From NCBI GenBank assembly GCA_963706955.1, contig CAVPOC010000003.1, positions 224,001 through 288,000 on the forward strand: a stretch of DNA of 64,000 nt, written 5' to 3'. Positions within the stretch are counted from its first letter, which is position 1, and every line of letters begins with the position of its first letter. The notes under the pieces were generated by a model. The model was not told the origin of the DNA. It ran no database searches and was given only the letters and a program-made list of their open reading frames with translations. This DNA comes from an uncultured Verrucomicrobiae bacterium (GTDB taxonomy: Bacteria; Verrucomicrobiota; Verrucomicrobiia; Chthoniobacterales; Terrimicrobiaceae). Made by a program: the position numbers and the translations under genes. Of the stretch, positions 1 through 10,314 are shown one piece after another.

Positions 1-688
1 CTCTTCCGACCCGGAGTTGATGGACATTCTGCAAAGATTCATTTTCGGCGAGGTATTTTATATCGGAAATTTGGACGATAAAACCAGAGAACTCATCACC
101 ATCACCGTTTTGGCCACAAATCAAACGTTGCCACAATTAAAAGCGCACACGAATGCAGCCCTCAACATTGGGGTTACGCCTATTGAGATTAGGGAGGTCG
201 TTTATCAAACCGCCCCTTTCATTGGTTTTCCCAAAGTCTTAAATGCGCTGAATACAATCAACGAGGTTTTTGAAAGCCGGAACATTGAACTGCCTTTGGA
301 GAAGAAAGGAACCATTACGGAGAGCGAACGACTCGAAAAAGGAAACGAACAGCAATATCCCCTTTACGGAAATGCAATGAAACAAAATATGCAAGATTTG
401 CCGGGGGAGTTTGCTGAGGTAATACCGAGAATCTTAACGGAGTTGTGTTTCGGCGATTTCTACACAAGAGATGGTTTGGACATCAAGACGAGGGAGCTAA
501 TGATCTTTTGTGCTTTGGCAGCACTGGGAGGGACTGAAAGACAAATGGCGTCACACGCCGTTGGCAACCTGAAAGTTGGCAATAGTAAGGAAACGCTGCT
601 TTCCGCTATGGTCCATTGTTTTCCCTACATCGGTTTTCCGCGGGTTTCCAACGCGATCAATGTTATCAAAGCGGCAGAGATAAAATAA
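1..688 (+). CDS. Carboxymuconolactone decarboxylase (AhpD-like) family protein, tandem-domain, 5' truncated by window edge
   Basis: Two repeats of the LD.KTREL...H...AL..G...PYIGFP(K/R) motif; the frame stays open to the window start (..SSDPELMDIL). Confidence 0.85.
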   Translation, partial: SSDPELMDILQRFIFGEVFYIGNLDDKTRELITITVLATNQTLPQLKAHTNAALNIGVTPIEIREVVYQTAPFIGFPKVLNALNTINEVFESRNIELPLEKKGTITESERLEKGNEQQYPLYGNAMKQNMQDLPGEFAEVIPRILTELCFGDFYTRDGLDIKTRELMIFCALAALGGTERQMASHAVGNLKVGNSKETLLSAMVHCFPYIGFPRVSNAINVIKAAEIK

Positions 689-1066
689 CGTTGCGGGTAA
701 GATTAAGCTCACGCAGGACTTCATCTCCCTGTCGCCGCTAAACCTGACGAGTGAACGATCTTTTCCGCAGAGAGAAGTTCGGTCATCTGCCTCGGGCGAC
801 TCGAGACAGGGGAACGGACGTTCACTACGAAGTCGGTGATATCGCTTACTGGTCTCCCAGCCTGACGTAGCCTCTTCTATCGCCACGATGGTCAGCAAAT
901 CCTCGAACTCGGCCTCATCCATCATCGCCAAAATCGAGTGCGGCATGGACGATTTGACGCGCCCAGCTCAGTAAAAATGCTAATTGAGACTACAAGATCA
1001 ATACTCCGGCGCACCACAACCATCATGGACGGTGTGAACGCAGGTGATGGAAGGAAAGGAAACTAA

Positions 1067-2050
1067 ATGGAATACACGAAATTAGGAAACACCGGAATGG
1101 ATGTGTCTCGAATCTGCCTCGGTTGCATGGGGTTCGGGGACCCGGAGCGCTGGATTCACAAATGGGTGCTGACTGAGGAAAATAGCCGGCCGATCATCAA
1201 GAAAGCGCTCGAGCTGGGGATCAATTTCTTCGACACCGCCAACGTCTATTCCATCGGGAAGAGTGAGGAGATCCTCGGACGCGCCTTGAAGGATTTCGCG
1301 AACCGGGACGAAGTCGTCATTGCCACGAAGTTGCACGGCAGAATGCACGAGGGTCCCAATGGCGCTGGTCTATCGCGCAAGGCGATCCTGAGCGAGATCG
1401 ACCAGAGTCTCAAGCGGCTTGAGACGGACTACGTAGACCTCTACCAGATCCATCGCTGGGATTACCAAACCCCAATCGAGGAGACGATGGAGGCGCTCCA
1501 TGACGTAGTCAAGGCTGGCAAAGCCCGATACCTCGGTGCCTCAGCCATGTGGGCGTGGCAGTTCCAGAAGGCGCTGCACGTCGCCGAGAAACATGGGTGG
1601 ACCCGCTTTGTCTCGATGCAGGACCACCTGAACCTGATCTACCGCGAGGAGGAGCGGGAGATGCTGCCGCTCTGCCGCGAGGAGAAGATCGGAGTGATCC
1701 CATACAGTCCACTCGCAGCCGGACGATTGACGCGTGACTGGTCGTCGGAGAGCACGCTTCGGTCCGAGACCGATCAGATCGCGAAAAGCAAGTACGATGC
1801 GAGCGCCGAAACCGACCGGCAGGTCGTGGAACGGGTGGCGGAACTCGCGGAAAAGCACGGGGTTCCGCGCGTTCATGTCGCGCTTGCCTGGCTCTTACAA
1901 AAGAAACCGGTGACCGCGCCTATCATCGGGGCAACGAAGATCAGCCATCTGGAAAATGCCGCTGGCGCTCTGTCGGTAAGACTGACCCAGGAAGAGGTGA
2001 CCTACTTGGAGGAGCCGTATGTCCCGCATCACGTCGTCGGTCATCAGTAA
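1067..2050 (+). CDS. Aldo/keto reductase
   Basis: LGNTGMDVSRICLGCM, FFDTANVYS, DYVDLYQIHRWD, IPYSPLAAG motifs; purine-rich RBS upstream. Confidence 0.95.
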   Translation: MEYTKLGNTGMDVSRICLGCMGFGDPERWIHKWVLTEENSRPIIKKALELGINFFDTANVYSIGKSEEILGRALKDFANRDEVVIATKLHGRMHEGPNGAGLSRKAILSEIDQSLKRLETDYVDLYQIHRWDYQTPIEETMEALHDVVKAGKARYLGASAMWAWQFQKALHVAEKHGWTRFVSMQDHLNLIYREEEREMLPLCREEKIGVIPYSPLAAGRLTRDWSSESTLRSETDQIAKSKYDASAETDRQVVERVAELAEKHGVPRVHVALAWLLQKKPVTAPIIGATKISHLENAAGALSVRLTQEEVTYLEEPYVPHHVVGHQ

Positions 2051-2594
2051 ATAGCGACCGGATCATCGGCATCACTCTTCGCTGTTCTCTTCCCAAGAGA
2101 TAAAAGCTTAAGAACTACACCCTATGAGAATTAATATTCCCACGGAAAACGCTTCCCATTCGTAGCATCGCTTTCGCGCTCCTCGTCGGGCGGTGCGCCC
2201 ACACACTTCCGCAACGGTTCTCGAAGTAAAAAGGGCGCACCGCTTTCCCGCAAGAATAAGACAGGCGCCGCAATCTCCCGCGGGCAGGCACCTGGGCTAT
2301 GGCCGATGGTCGGCCAGCTGCAATTGCTCACGCTCGCAGAAAAGCCATCAAGAGGTCGAGGCAGCAACCAGGCTCTCTCCACGCAGGGGCTCAAGAGCAG
2401 TCTTGGATGCACGTCACATCGACGCTCCAATCACTCGCAGACGAGTTGCCTTCATCGTCATCAACAAAAGTGGGAGCGACGACTCGTGCCGTGAGGGAAG
2501 CAGGCGTGCATCGCTGAAGCGATTCGCAACGTCTTTCCTCTCTCAGCGATCTTTTCCGGAAATCTCTTCCGAGAATTGGATTATGTTAGATGCG

Positions 2595-3578
2595 ATGAAC
2601 CAGGCAACGCAGAAAACAATGAAGGCGATCGCCCTCGATCGTTTCGGCGGTCTTGAGACGATGAAACTACAAATGCTTCCCGTCCCCGAGGTCGGCCCCA
2701 ATGAGGTGCTGATTCACGTCGAGTGGGCCGGTGTGGGCCCGTGGGATCCGTTTGAGCGCGAGGGCGGATTCGCCAAGATATTCGGCATCGAGCCAAAGTT
2801 TCCCTACGTGCTTGGCTCCGATGGAGCGGGCACCGTTGAGGAGGTGGGCGATCGTGTGAAGGGCTTTACGCCAGGCGATCGCGTCTACGCTTTCGGCTTG
2901 GTGAATCCCAAAGGTGGTTTCTACGCTGAGTATGCCGCGGTTAAGGCGGAGGAAGTCTCACTCATTCCCGGCAAGCTCACGACCAGGCAGGCAGGCGCGA
3001 TGCCCGTGGATGCCATGACCGCGCTTCGTGGCTTGGATGACACGCTCGGCCTCCAGCCCGGTGAGTCGGTCATGATCTTCGGCGCCAGCGGTGGCATCGG
3101 CCACCTGGCGGTGCAGTTGGCCAAACGCATGGGCGCCCGTGTCTTCGCCGTCGCTTCGGGCAGCGACGGCGTCGCGCTCGCCAAGAGGCTGAGTGCCGAC
3201 GCGGTCATCGACGGTCATAAGGACGACATCGTCGCCGCCGCGCGTCAGTTCGCACCGGACGGACTCGACACGGCGCTGATCACCGCCGGGGGACCCGCGG
3301 CCGACGAAGCCCTTGCCGCCATGCGCGCGGGTGGACGCGTCGCCTATCCCAACGGTGTCGAACCCGAGCCCAAGTCGCCGTCTGGAATTAATGCCAAGGC
3401 CTACGACGGAATGCCCGACCCGCAGGCGATCGAGAAGCTCAATCGCCTTATCGAATCTGAGGGGCTACCGCCGTTCGAGGTCCATGTCGCGCGGAGCTTT
3501 CCGCTTGACCAAGCTACCGAAGCACATCGGGCACTCGACGAGCACTACCTCGGCAAGCTTGCTCTGCAAACCGCTTAG
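2595..3578 (+). CDS. NADP-dependent oxidoreductase (MDR / quinone oxidoreductase-like)
   Basis: P.VLGSDGAGTV, GFYAEYA and GASGGIG motifs; start placed near 2583-2619 rather than the ORF-track start at 2193. Confidence 0.9.
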   Translation: MNQATQKTMKAIALDRFGGLETMKLQMLPVPEVGPNEVLIHVEWAGVGPWDPFEREGGFAKIFGIEPKFPYVLGSDGAGTVEEVGDRVKGFTPGDRVYAFGLVNPKGGFYAEYAAVKAEEVSLIPGKLTTRQAGAMPVDAMTALRGLDDTLGLQPGESVMIFGASGGIGHLAVQLAKRMGARVFAVASGSDGVALAKRLSADAVIDGHKDDIVAAARQFAPDGLDTALITAGGPAADEALAAMRAGGRVAYPNGVEPEPKSPSGINAKAYDGMPDPQAIEKLNRLIESEGLPPFEVHVARSFPLDQATEAHRALDEHYLGKLALQTA

Positions 3579-3729
3579 TTCGACGGGACGTCGCTGACCA
3601 AGTCCGCTGATACTCCGCAGGACCGTTTCGCGACGCAGCTTTTTAAAAGCCGGCAGCGCCGTCCTCGCCAGTCCGGCGATTCTTCGCGGCCAAGTCGACG
3701 CTCATTTAACCCAAACACCGCAGATCAAC

Positions 3730-4125
3730 ATGGAAATTAAAAGAGTTGGCTCACAACCATCCAGCAAAGGACCGGCCGATTGGTTTACCGGCACGGTACG
3801 CATTGATCCCTTGTTCCAAGCAAACCCGCCCGCCCGCGCCATCGGCGCCAGTGTTACGTTTGAACCGGGCGCACGAACGGCGTGGCACACGCACCCGCTA
3901 GGACAAACGCTGATCGTCACGGCCGGATGCGGTCGAGCGCAGCGCTGGGAAGGCCCGCTCGAGGAAATCCGGCCCGGCGATGTGATCTGGATCCCACCCG
4001 GCGAGAAACATTGGCACGGCGCTGCACCAACGACCGCCATGACGCACATCGCCATTCAGGAACAGCTCGACGGCAAGGCGGTCGACTGGATGGAAAAGGT
4101 CAGCGAGGAACAATACCAAGCTTGA
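3730..4125 (+). CDS. Cupin domain protein
   Basis: [33 protein letters not shown] motifs. Confidence 0.92.
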   Translation: MEIKRVGSQPSSKGPADWFTGTVRIDPLFQANPPARAIGASVTFEPGARTAWHTHPLGQTLIVTAGCGRAQRWEGPLEEIRPGDVIWIPPGEKHWHGAAPTTAMTHIAIQEQLDGKAVDWMEKVSEEQYQA

Positions 4126-4186
4126 TGATCAATTAGGACTAGGTCCGGGATTTTGCTTCCTCTGTTCTCTGTGGTTCCTTCGGAGT

Positions 4187-4756
4187 TCATCCACGCGAGC
4201 GATCAGGCTTCGCGCCGAGAATCAGGTCGTTGGCATCCTGCCACTGCGGGGACTTGCCGGTTGCACGAGCCTCGAAACAGAGCCAATTCGACCCGGCGAC
4301 CTTGAGGAAATAACGCACCTTCGTCTGGTCGGCCCAAACGCTTTGGCGAGTTCCGTAGGCAGCTTTCACTCCGGTGATCGCCCCTGATGTCGAGACGCGG
4401 CGGGCATAGAGCACGCCAGCCTCTGCCGCGAGCGTCTCTGCCAAGGCCCGATCGTTGTCGGGCGGGGACGCGATGCGCCGAAGCGTCACCTCGATATCTT
4501 CCCCGACGAAGCGTGCCAGCGGACCGTTCGCCGAGCTCGCGAAGACCGAATAGCCCCATTTGGTTCGATTCAGCTTCAATGTTACCCCCGCAACATCGAC
4601 ATCCTCTTCGACCTTTGGCAGCTCAAAGGGATAGCTTGAACCCCCTCCAAAGCCCCCGAAGCCTCCGCCTCCCCCGCCTCCACACGCCCCGCCGGCACCG
4701 AGCAAAGGAGCGGAGATGCCACAACAGACCACCAGAGTGACAACACTTCTAAGCAT
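4187..4756 (-). CDS. Hypothetical secreted protein with Gly-rich N-terminal linker
   Basis: 189-aa ORF with a signal-peptide-like N-terminus then GGGGGGGFGGFGGG; no family recognised. Confidence 0.55.
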   Translation of the reverse strand: MLRSVVTLVVCCGISAPLLGAGGACGGGGGGGFGGFGGGSSYPFELPKVEEDVDVAGVTLKLNRTKWGYSVFASSANGPLARFVGEDIEVTLRRIASPPDNDRALAETLAAEAGVLYARRVSTSGAITGVKAAYGTRQSVWADQTKVRYFLKVAGSNWLCFEARATGKSPQWQDANDLILGAKPDRSRG

Positions 4757-5514
4757 ACCTATACCCTAGCGCCAAGCCAAGACCCGCGCAACTCGCAAAG
4801 CAAAATCGGCCATTAAGACTCGCGTTCGCGGTTCTGTCGCCGTTCGCTTAAATTGGAATCCATTTGCGAATTGGTACGCGTCATGCACGCAAGCGTCTGG
4901 GCATTTCCGAGTGGAAAAGAGAGCCTCACTGCACGGTGATTCCGCTAATAACTTGCTTAGCGATTAGCAATATTCTTGAGCACATTTCCCGTCGGTTGGA
5001 TATTGATGTCAGGGCCCTACCCGCCCGATAGCTTTCGGAACGACTCCTAAGTGAACGGCGGCTCAGTATTCCACGACTAAACGTGATGATTAACGCGCGA
5101 ACACGCAGATCAGCAACGTTGTTGAAGAAGAGCACTTCTTCGCCAAAAACCCATTGACTTCCCCAGATCGGGCCGCATAGGTAGGCGTATCCTGGTACGA
5201 TGCGCTCCTCCTCCAGTAATAGTCACTTTATTCAAGATTCACACTGCGATGGCGCTGCGGTAACGTCCAGTCGCTCAACCGAAGATCGGCGAGGAAAGGT
5301 GCCTCTAGAGTATGGAGACACACACATCAGCATCGCCCGGCGTAGGCAGTGTCTTGGCAAGGCCGTCGACCCAGTCCCAAGTCGTCGTGATGCAGAGTCG
5401 TAGCGACACGTTGAGATCCTCTAAACGCCGACAGAGTGCCGAACAGATAAGTCTTGAGCCAGTTACGCGCAAACCTTACAGAGGCATTGCCCACCCCTTC
5501 AACCGAATCTCGCT

Positions 5515-7023
5515 GTGAACAAAGAAGCCCGAATCATCGTCGACTCCGATTTTAACATTTCCCAGCTCGATCGCCGCCTTTTCGGCTCGTTCGTGGAACA
5601 TATGGGACGCTGCGTTTATACGGGCATCTTTGAGCCGGGCCATCCTACCGCGGATGCCAACGGCTTCCGTGGTGACGTTCTCGATTTGGTCCGAGAGCTC
5701 GGCCCTACTATCATCCGCTATCCCGGCGGCAACTATATGTCTGGGTGCAACTGGGAAGACGGGGTCGGTCCGGTGGAATCCCGCCCACGCCGACTGGATC
5801 TCGCCTGGATGAGCACCGAGACGAACGCGTTTGGCACGAATGAATTTATCACCTGGTGCAAACTGGCCAACATCGAACCGATGCTCGGGGTCAACCTAGG
5901 GACCCGCGGACCGCACGAGGCCAGAGAATACCTCGAGTATTGTAATCATCCGGGCGGGACAAAGCTCAGCGATCTGCGGGCCTCCCATGGCTTCAAGGAA
6001 CCTCACGGGGTGAAGTTCTGGTGCCTGGGGAACGAGATGGATGGTCCCTGGCAGATCTGTAAGAAAACGGCCACGGAATATGGTCGTATTGCTGCCGAAG
6101 CGGGCAAGGTCATGAAATGGGTCGACCCTTCTATCGTGGTATCATCCTGCGGTTCTTCGGCCCGCTCGATGCCGACCTTCGGTGCCTGGGAATACGAAGT
6201 GCTCGACCATACCATGGACATTACCGACTTCGTTTCTCTGCACATGTATTACGAAAACCCACTCGGTGATGTGCAGGAGTTCCTGGCCAACGTCGAGCTG
6301 ATGGACCACTTCATCAAGGAGACCATTGCGGTCTGCGATGCGGTCGCGGCAAAGCGCAAATCCCTCAAGCGCGTCATGCTTTCCATGGACGAGTGGAACG
6401 TCTGGTACAAAGCGCGCGCGGGCGAGCACATGGCAAAGCCAGGGTGGCCAGTGGCGCCTCCATTGATCGAGGAAATCTACGACCTGCAGGACGCTCTCAT
6501 GGTGGGAGGAGCTCTCATCACCCTTCTCAACAATGCTAACCGTGTAAAGGTGGCTTGTCAGGCGCAGCTCGTCAATGTGATCGGATTGATCTTCTCCGAA
6601 CCGGGTGGCCCGGCCTGGCGCCAGACGATCTTTCATCCCTTCAAGATCGTGGCCGAGCACGCACATGGCAGCGTGCTTGAGGTAAAGGTCCAGTCCGACC
6701 AGCACGAGACGAAGACCGCCGGGGTTGTCGATGACATTGTCGCCGCCGCCGTGCACGACGTCGCCAAAAGTAAGGTCGCCTTCTTTATCCTTAACCGCGA
6801 AGCAAACGGCGCTGTTGAGGTGTCGCTCGACTTACATGGGTTCCCGCCGGCAACCGGATGCTCCGCCGTGGCGATCTCGGGTCCGGATCTTCTCGCGACC
6901 AACTCCGCAGCAAAGCCAAACAGCATAGTTCCCAAGGAACACAACGAATTTTCCGTAAAAGACGACAAAGTTGTCGCGAAATTGCCTCCAATGTCGTGGA
7001 ATATGCTCTCAATCTCGTACTAA
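5515..7023 (+). CDS. abfA: Alpha-L-arabinofuranosidase, GH51
   Basis: FGSFVEHMGRCVYTG, RYPGGN, WCLGNEMDGPWQ and DEWNVW catalytic motifs. Confidence 0.95.
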   Translation: MNKEARIIVDSDFNISQLDRRLFGSFVEHMGRCVYTGIFEPGHPTADANGFRGDVLDLVRELGPTIIRYPGGNYMSGCNWEDGVGPVESRPRRLDLAWMSTETNAFGTNEFITWCKLANIEPMLGVNLGTRGPHEAREYLEYCNHPGGTKLSDLRASHGFKEPHGVKFWCLGNEMDGPWQICKKTATEYGRIAAEAGKVMKWVDPSIVVSSCGSSARSMPTFGAWEYEVLDHTMDITDFVSLHMYYENPLGDVQEFLANVELMDHFIKETIAVCDAVAAKRKSLKRVMLSMDEWNVWYKARAGEHMAKPGWPVAPPLIEEIYDLQDALMVGGALITLLNNANRVKVACQAQLVNVIGLIFSEPGGPAWRQTIFHPFKIVAEHAHGSVLEVKVQSDQHETKTAGVVDDIVAAAVHDVAKSKVAFFILNREANGAVEVSLDLHGFPPATGCSAVAISGPDLLATNSAAKPNSIVPKEHNEFSVKDDKVVAKLPPMSWNMLSISY

Positions 7024-7060
7024 CCATCTCCGTCAACTTTAACTCAACCCCCAACATTCT

Positions 7061-8368
7061 ATGAAACGACTCCTCTTACACGTGGTCGGATGTCTTGCGT
7101 ATCTGACGTTGGCCCAAGCTGCTCCAGTTGAAATCACTTATTGGGACTTTTTTGGCGGCGGCGATGGCATCCGGATGAAGCAAATAGTGGAGGAATACAA
7201 CAAGAGCCAGCAAGAGGTCCGCGTCACCCAGACGACCCTTACCTGGGGCGAGCCGTTCTACACCAAAGTCCACACCGCGGTGGTGGCCGGGCAGACCCCC
7301 GATGTGATGAGCTATCACCTCTCGCATTTTCCGGCAGGAATCGCTGCGAAAGATCTAAGACCGATTACCGCAGAAGAACTCTCCCAAGCCGGGCTAAAGG
7401 AATCGGACTTCCAGCAATCGGTCGTCGAGAGATCACGCGAGGCGAGCAAGAAGTTTGGACAAAGCGAAGAACTCTTCGGCATTCCACTCGATATCCACAC
7501 GCTGGTTCTCTACTACAATAAGACCGTCTTGCAGAAAGCCGGTGTCTTGGACCCCCAGGGCAAACCGATGGGACTCGAGAACCTCGATGCCTTTAAAAAG
7601 ATGCTCGCCCAAGTGAAGGAAAAGGCTAAGTTAACGCCGATTGCTTTCTCGAGCGCTCCGACCGATCAAGCCTCAACCTGGCGCGCCTGGTACACCTTCT
7701 TCAAACAGCAAAAGGGGGATTTCCTCAAGGACGGACAACTCTCCTTTGCGGATATGCCAAACCAGGGAAAGACATCTCTGCAGACCCTCGTGGACATGGC
7801 CGAAGCCGGACTGATCACGAAGAATACGGCTTACCCTGCGATGGTGGCGCTCTTCAGCTCCGGCCGCACCGCCTTTATGATCAATGGCAACTGGGAGGTT
7901 CCCACCGTTGTTGATTTGCAGAAAAATGGAAAGCTGCCCTTCGACTATGGAATTGTCGCTTTCCCGAAGCTGTTTGACAATCCCGACACCTGGGGTGATG
8001 CGCATACGCTGGCGATTCCAAACAATGCCAAAACTCCGCCAACCCCGGAAAAAGTCGCCGCCGCCCTGAAGTTTATCGCCTATGTCGTCAAGCAACCGGC
8101 CTGGGCGGGCGGAGGCCACATCCCGGCCTATCTGCCGCTTCAGGAAAGCGCGGAGTACAAGCAAATGCAGCCAAACAATCAGTATAGTGCGGACGCTGCG
8201 GCGCACGTGGTCCTCGAGCCGGTCCTGCCGATTTTCGGAGTCGGCAGCCCAACCTTTGGCGCGGTAGCTAATTTCCTCATCCCGACGATCAACGGGCAAT
8301 TGCCGGTCGATAAGGGAATCACCCAGTTTACTGCCGAGCTGGAGAATTTTGCTAAGAAACAGCAGTAA
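7061..8368 (+). CDS. Sugar ABC transporter substrate-binding protein (CUT1)
   Basis: Signal peptide, GGGDG..M, IPLDIHTLVLYYNK, NGNWEV; operon context. Confidence 0.92.
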   Translation: MKRLLLHVVGCLAYLTLAQAAPVEITYWDFFGGGDGIRMKQIVEEYNKSQQEVRVTQTTLTWGEPFYTKVHTAVVAGQTPDVMSYHLSHFPAGIAAKDLRPITAEELSQAGLKESDFQQSVVERSREASKKFGQSEELFGIPLDIHTLVLYYNKTVLQKAGVLDPQGKPMGLENLDAFKKMLAQVKEKAKLTPIAFSSAPTDQASTWRAWYTFFKQQKGDFLKDGQLSFADMPNQGKTSLQTLVDMAEAGLITKNTAYPAMVALFSSGRTAFMINGNWEVPTVVDLQKNGKLPFDYGIVAFPKLFDNPDTWGDAHTLAIPNNAKTPPTPEKVAAALKFIAYVVKQPAWAGGGHIPAYLPLQESAEYKQMQPNNQYSADAAAHVVLEPVLPIFGVGSPTFGAVANFLIPTINGQLPVDKGITQFTAELENFAKKQQ

Positions 8369-8383
8369 GATTCGAGCCGCGAT

Positions 8384-9280
8384 GTGAGTTCGAAATCCGA
8401 CGTTCGGGCTGAGGTGCTTGCGCCTAAAAGACGTTACAAGCTGCCGAGCGCCTGGCTGTTTGTCGCTCCCTTTCTGCTCTTTTACGTCGCATTCCTCATC
8501 TATCCGGCGATTCAGGTTGCCTATCTAAGCTTTACCAACTCCGACATCACCGGACAGGGCAGCTTTGTTGGACTGCAAAACTATATCGAGTTGATACGCG
8601 ACCCTGATTTCTGGGCATCATTGTGGCACACCCTCTATTTTATTCTCCTTACGGTCGTTCCTAATACCGCCGTGGGTTTTCTGCTGGCGCTTCTCGTTGT
8701 CCGGCTAAAACGGTTGCAATTGCCCATTTTGGCGGCCTTTTTCCTTCCCTACGTCCTGCCGGTCAGTGTAGTGACCACGGGCGCGCTCTGGCTGCTTGAT
8801 ACGAACTTCGGCATCATCAACTATCTGACTGGCAGCATGATTTCCTGGTTTCAGGATCCAAATTGGGCCATGCCGGCGGTGGCGATCGTGACCATTTGGT
8901 GGACGGTGGGATTCAATATGCTCCTCTTTATCTCCGGACTGCACAACATCTCCCCGGACGTTTACGAGGCGGCGGCGATTGATGGAGCCAACCGGTGGCA
9001 TCAGTTCCTCTACATCACCTGCCCGCTTATTTGGCCGGTGGCGAGCCTGGTTCTCCTCCTTCAGCTGATCGCTCAGTTCAAAATTTTCGATCAGGTCTAT
9101 CTGCTGACTCAGGGAGGACCATACAACTCCACGGTTGTCGTCCTCCTCTACATGTATCGCCAGGCATTCCAACAGAACCGTGGTGGCTATGCCGCGGCGG
9201 TCGCCGTGGCTCTGCTCATCATTATGCTCATCGGAACGGCCGTCGCCTTCCAGGCCATGCGAGGGAGACGTTCTAAGTGA
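8384..9280 (+). CDS. Sugar ABC transporter permease
   Basis: EAA motif (VYEAAAIDGAN), FDQVYLLTQGGP. Confidence 0.93.
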   Translation: MSSKSDVRAEVLAPKRRYKLPSAWLFVAPFLLFYVAFLIYPAIQVAYLSFTNSDITGQGSFVGLQNYIELIRDPDFWASLWHTLYFILLTVVPNTAVGFLLALLVVRLKRLQLPILAAFFLPYVLPVSVVTTGALWLLDTNFGIINYLTGSMISWFQDPNWAMPAVAIVTIWWTVGFNMLLFISGLHNISPDVYEAAAIDGANRWHQFLYITCPLIWPVASLVLLLQLIAQFKIFDQVYLLTQGGPYNSTVVVLLYMYRQAFQQNRGGYAAAVAVALLIIMLIGTAVAFQAMRGRRSK

Positions 9281-10107
9281 AATCGCACCGCTTTTCTTTT
9301 CTGCGTCTCACTTGCACCGTCTTGACCATCATCATGGCATTGGCGTGGCTCTTTCCCTTATATTGGATCCTGACGACCTCACTTACTGCGGAAAGCGACA
9401 CGATCGCGCTGCCGCCTTCTTTCGTCCCCATACCGCCGAACTTCGAGGCGTTTGCCTATGTCATTGAGAACAGCCCCATCTTCCGCTGGTACTTTAACAC
9501 CGTTCTGGTGGCATCGGTCATCACCGTCGTTTCTATTGTGGTATCACTCATGTGTGCATACGCCCTTTCGATCATGGAGTTCAAGGGCAAGGGGCTGATC
9601 AACGTATGGCTACTCCTCGGCTTCATGATTCCTTTTGGTGCGATGGTCATCCCGCTTTTCATGCTGATGAACCAGATGCACTTGGTGAACTCCCACTTGG
9701 GAGTTATTTTGCCGCAAATTGCGACGCCACTTTCGGTCATTGTTTTCAAACGATTCTTTGACCAGGTTCCTAAGGATTTTCGGGACGCGGCGACGATCGA
9801 CGGCGCCAACGATTTCCACGTTTTATTCAATATCTACATTCCACTCAACTGGAGCATCATCTGGGCGATGGCCATCATCACCTTTATTGGCGCCTGGAAT
9901 AACTTTCTCTGGCCATTTATTGTCACGAATTCGACGCCAATGCTGACAATTCCTGTGGGAATGACACAGGTGCAATCCGCCTATGGTGTGGCCTTCGCGA
10001 AAACATCGGCCGTCGCCGTCATGGCTTCCATTCCCACGGCGTTAGCATACATAATCTTTCAGAAACGGGTCACACAGGGAGTGGTTGCCGCAGCTGGTAT
10101 CAAGTGA
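9277..10107 (+). CDS. Sugar ABC transporter permease
   Basis: DAATIDGA EAA loop, WNNFLWP. Confidence 0.93.
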   Translation: MKSHRFSFLRLTCTVLTIIMALAWLFPLYWILTTSLTAESDTIALPPSFVPIPPNFEAFAYVIENSPIFRWYFNTVLVASVITVVSIVVSLMCAYALSIMEFKGKGLINVWLLLGFMIPFGAMVIPLFMLMNQMHLVNSHLGVILPQIATPLSVIVFKRFFDQVPKDFRDAATIDGANDFHVLFNIYIPLNWSIIWAMAIITFIGAWNNFLWPFIVTNSTPMLTIPVGMTQVQSAYGVAFAKTSAVAVMASIPTALAYIIFQKRVTQGVVAAAGIK

Positions 10108-10172
10108 GTGTGAGCATCTGGAGGGAAGCCCTCAAGGGCAAAGCCACCAATCACGCCTTGCGCGAATCGCAA

Positions 10173-10266
10173 TATAGCGGCGGCGTCCCTGCCGCCGAGT
10201 AGTTGTAGCGACCGTGTCCCCACGGTCGGAAGGCTATCCTCGGCGGTGGGCCCACCGCCCGCTACA
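10173..10266. repeat. Cluster of three GTAG-type REP palindromes between convergent genes
   Basis: tATAG-cggcggc-gtccct-gccgccg; TGTAG-cgaccgtg-tccc-cacggtcg; inverted cggcggtgggcccaccgcccg-CTACA. Confidence 0.8.
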
Positions 10267-10314
10267 ATCGTCAACCGCGAAGTCTTCTGCGGTGAAGACT
10301 CGAAGCTAGACTCC

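Noticed and set aside
551..946. 131-aa minus-strand ORF between the CMD and AKR genes
   Set aside because: Overlaps the CMD gene end and shows no recognisable family; cannot be supported.
2193..2594. Long N-terminal extension of the MDR oxidoreductase ORF
   Set aside because: Sequence looks non-coding; family similarity starts only at MKAIAL, so the start was moved downstream.
4757..5514. Long intergenic region upstream of abfA, including the near-palindrome TCAGCAACGTTGTTGA
   Set aside because: It could hold a sugar-regulator operator, but it is a single instance with no regulator nearby and no recognisable riboswitch or ncRNA.
7061..10107. Sugar ABC operon lacking an ATPase
   Set aside because: Common for CUT1 systems, which share a MsiK/MalK-type ATPase encoded elsewhere.
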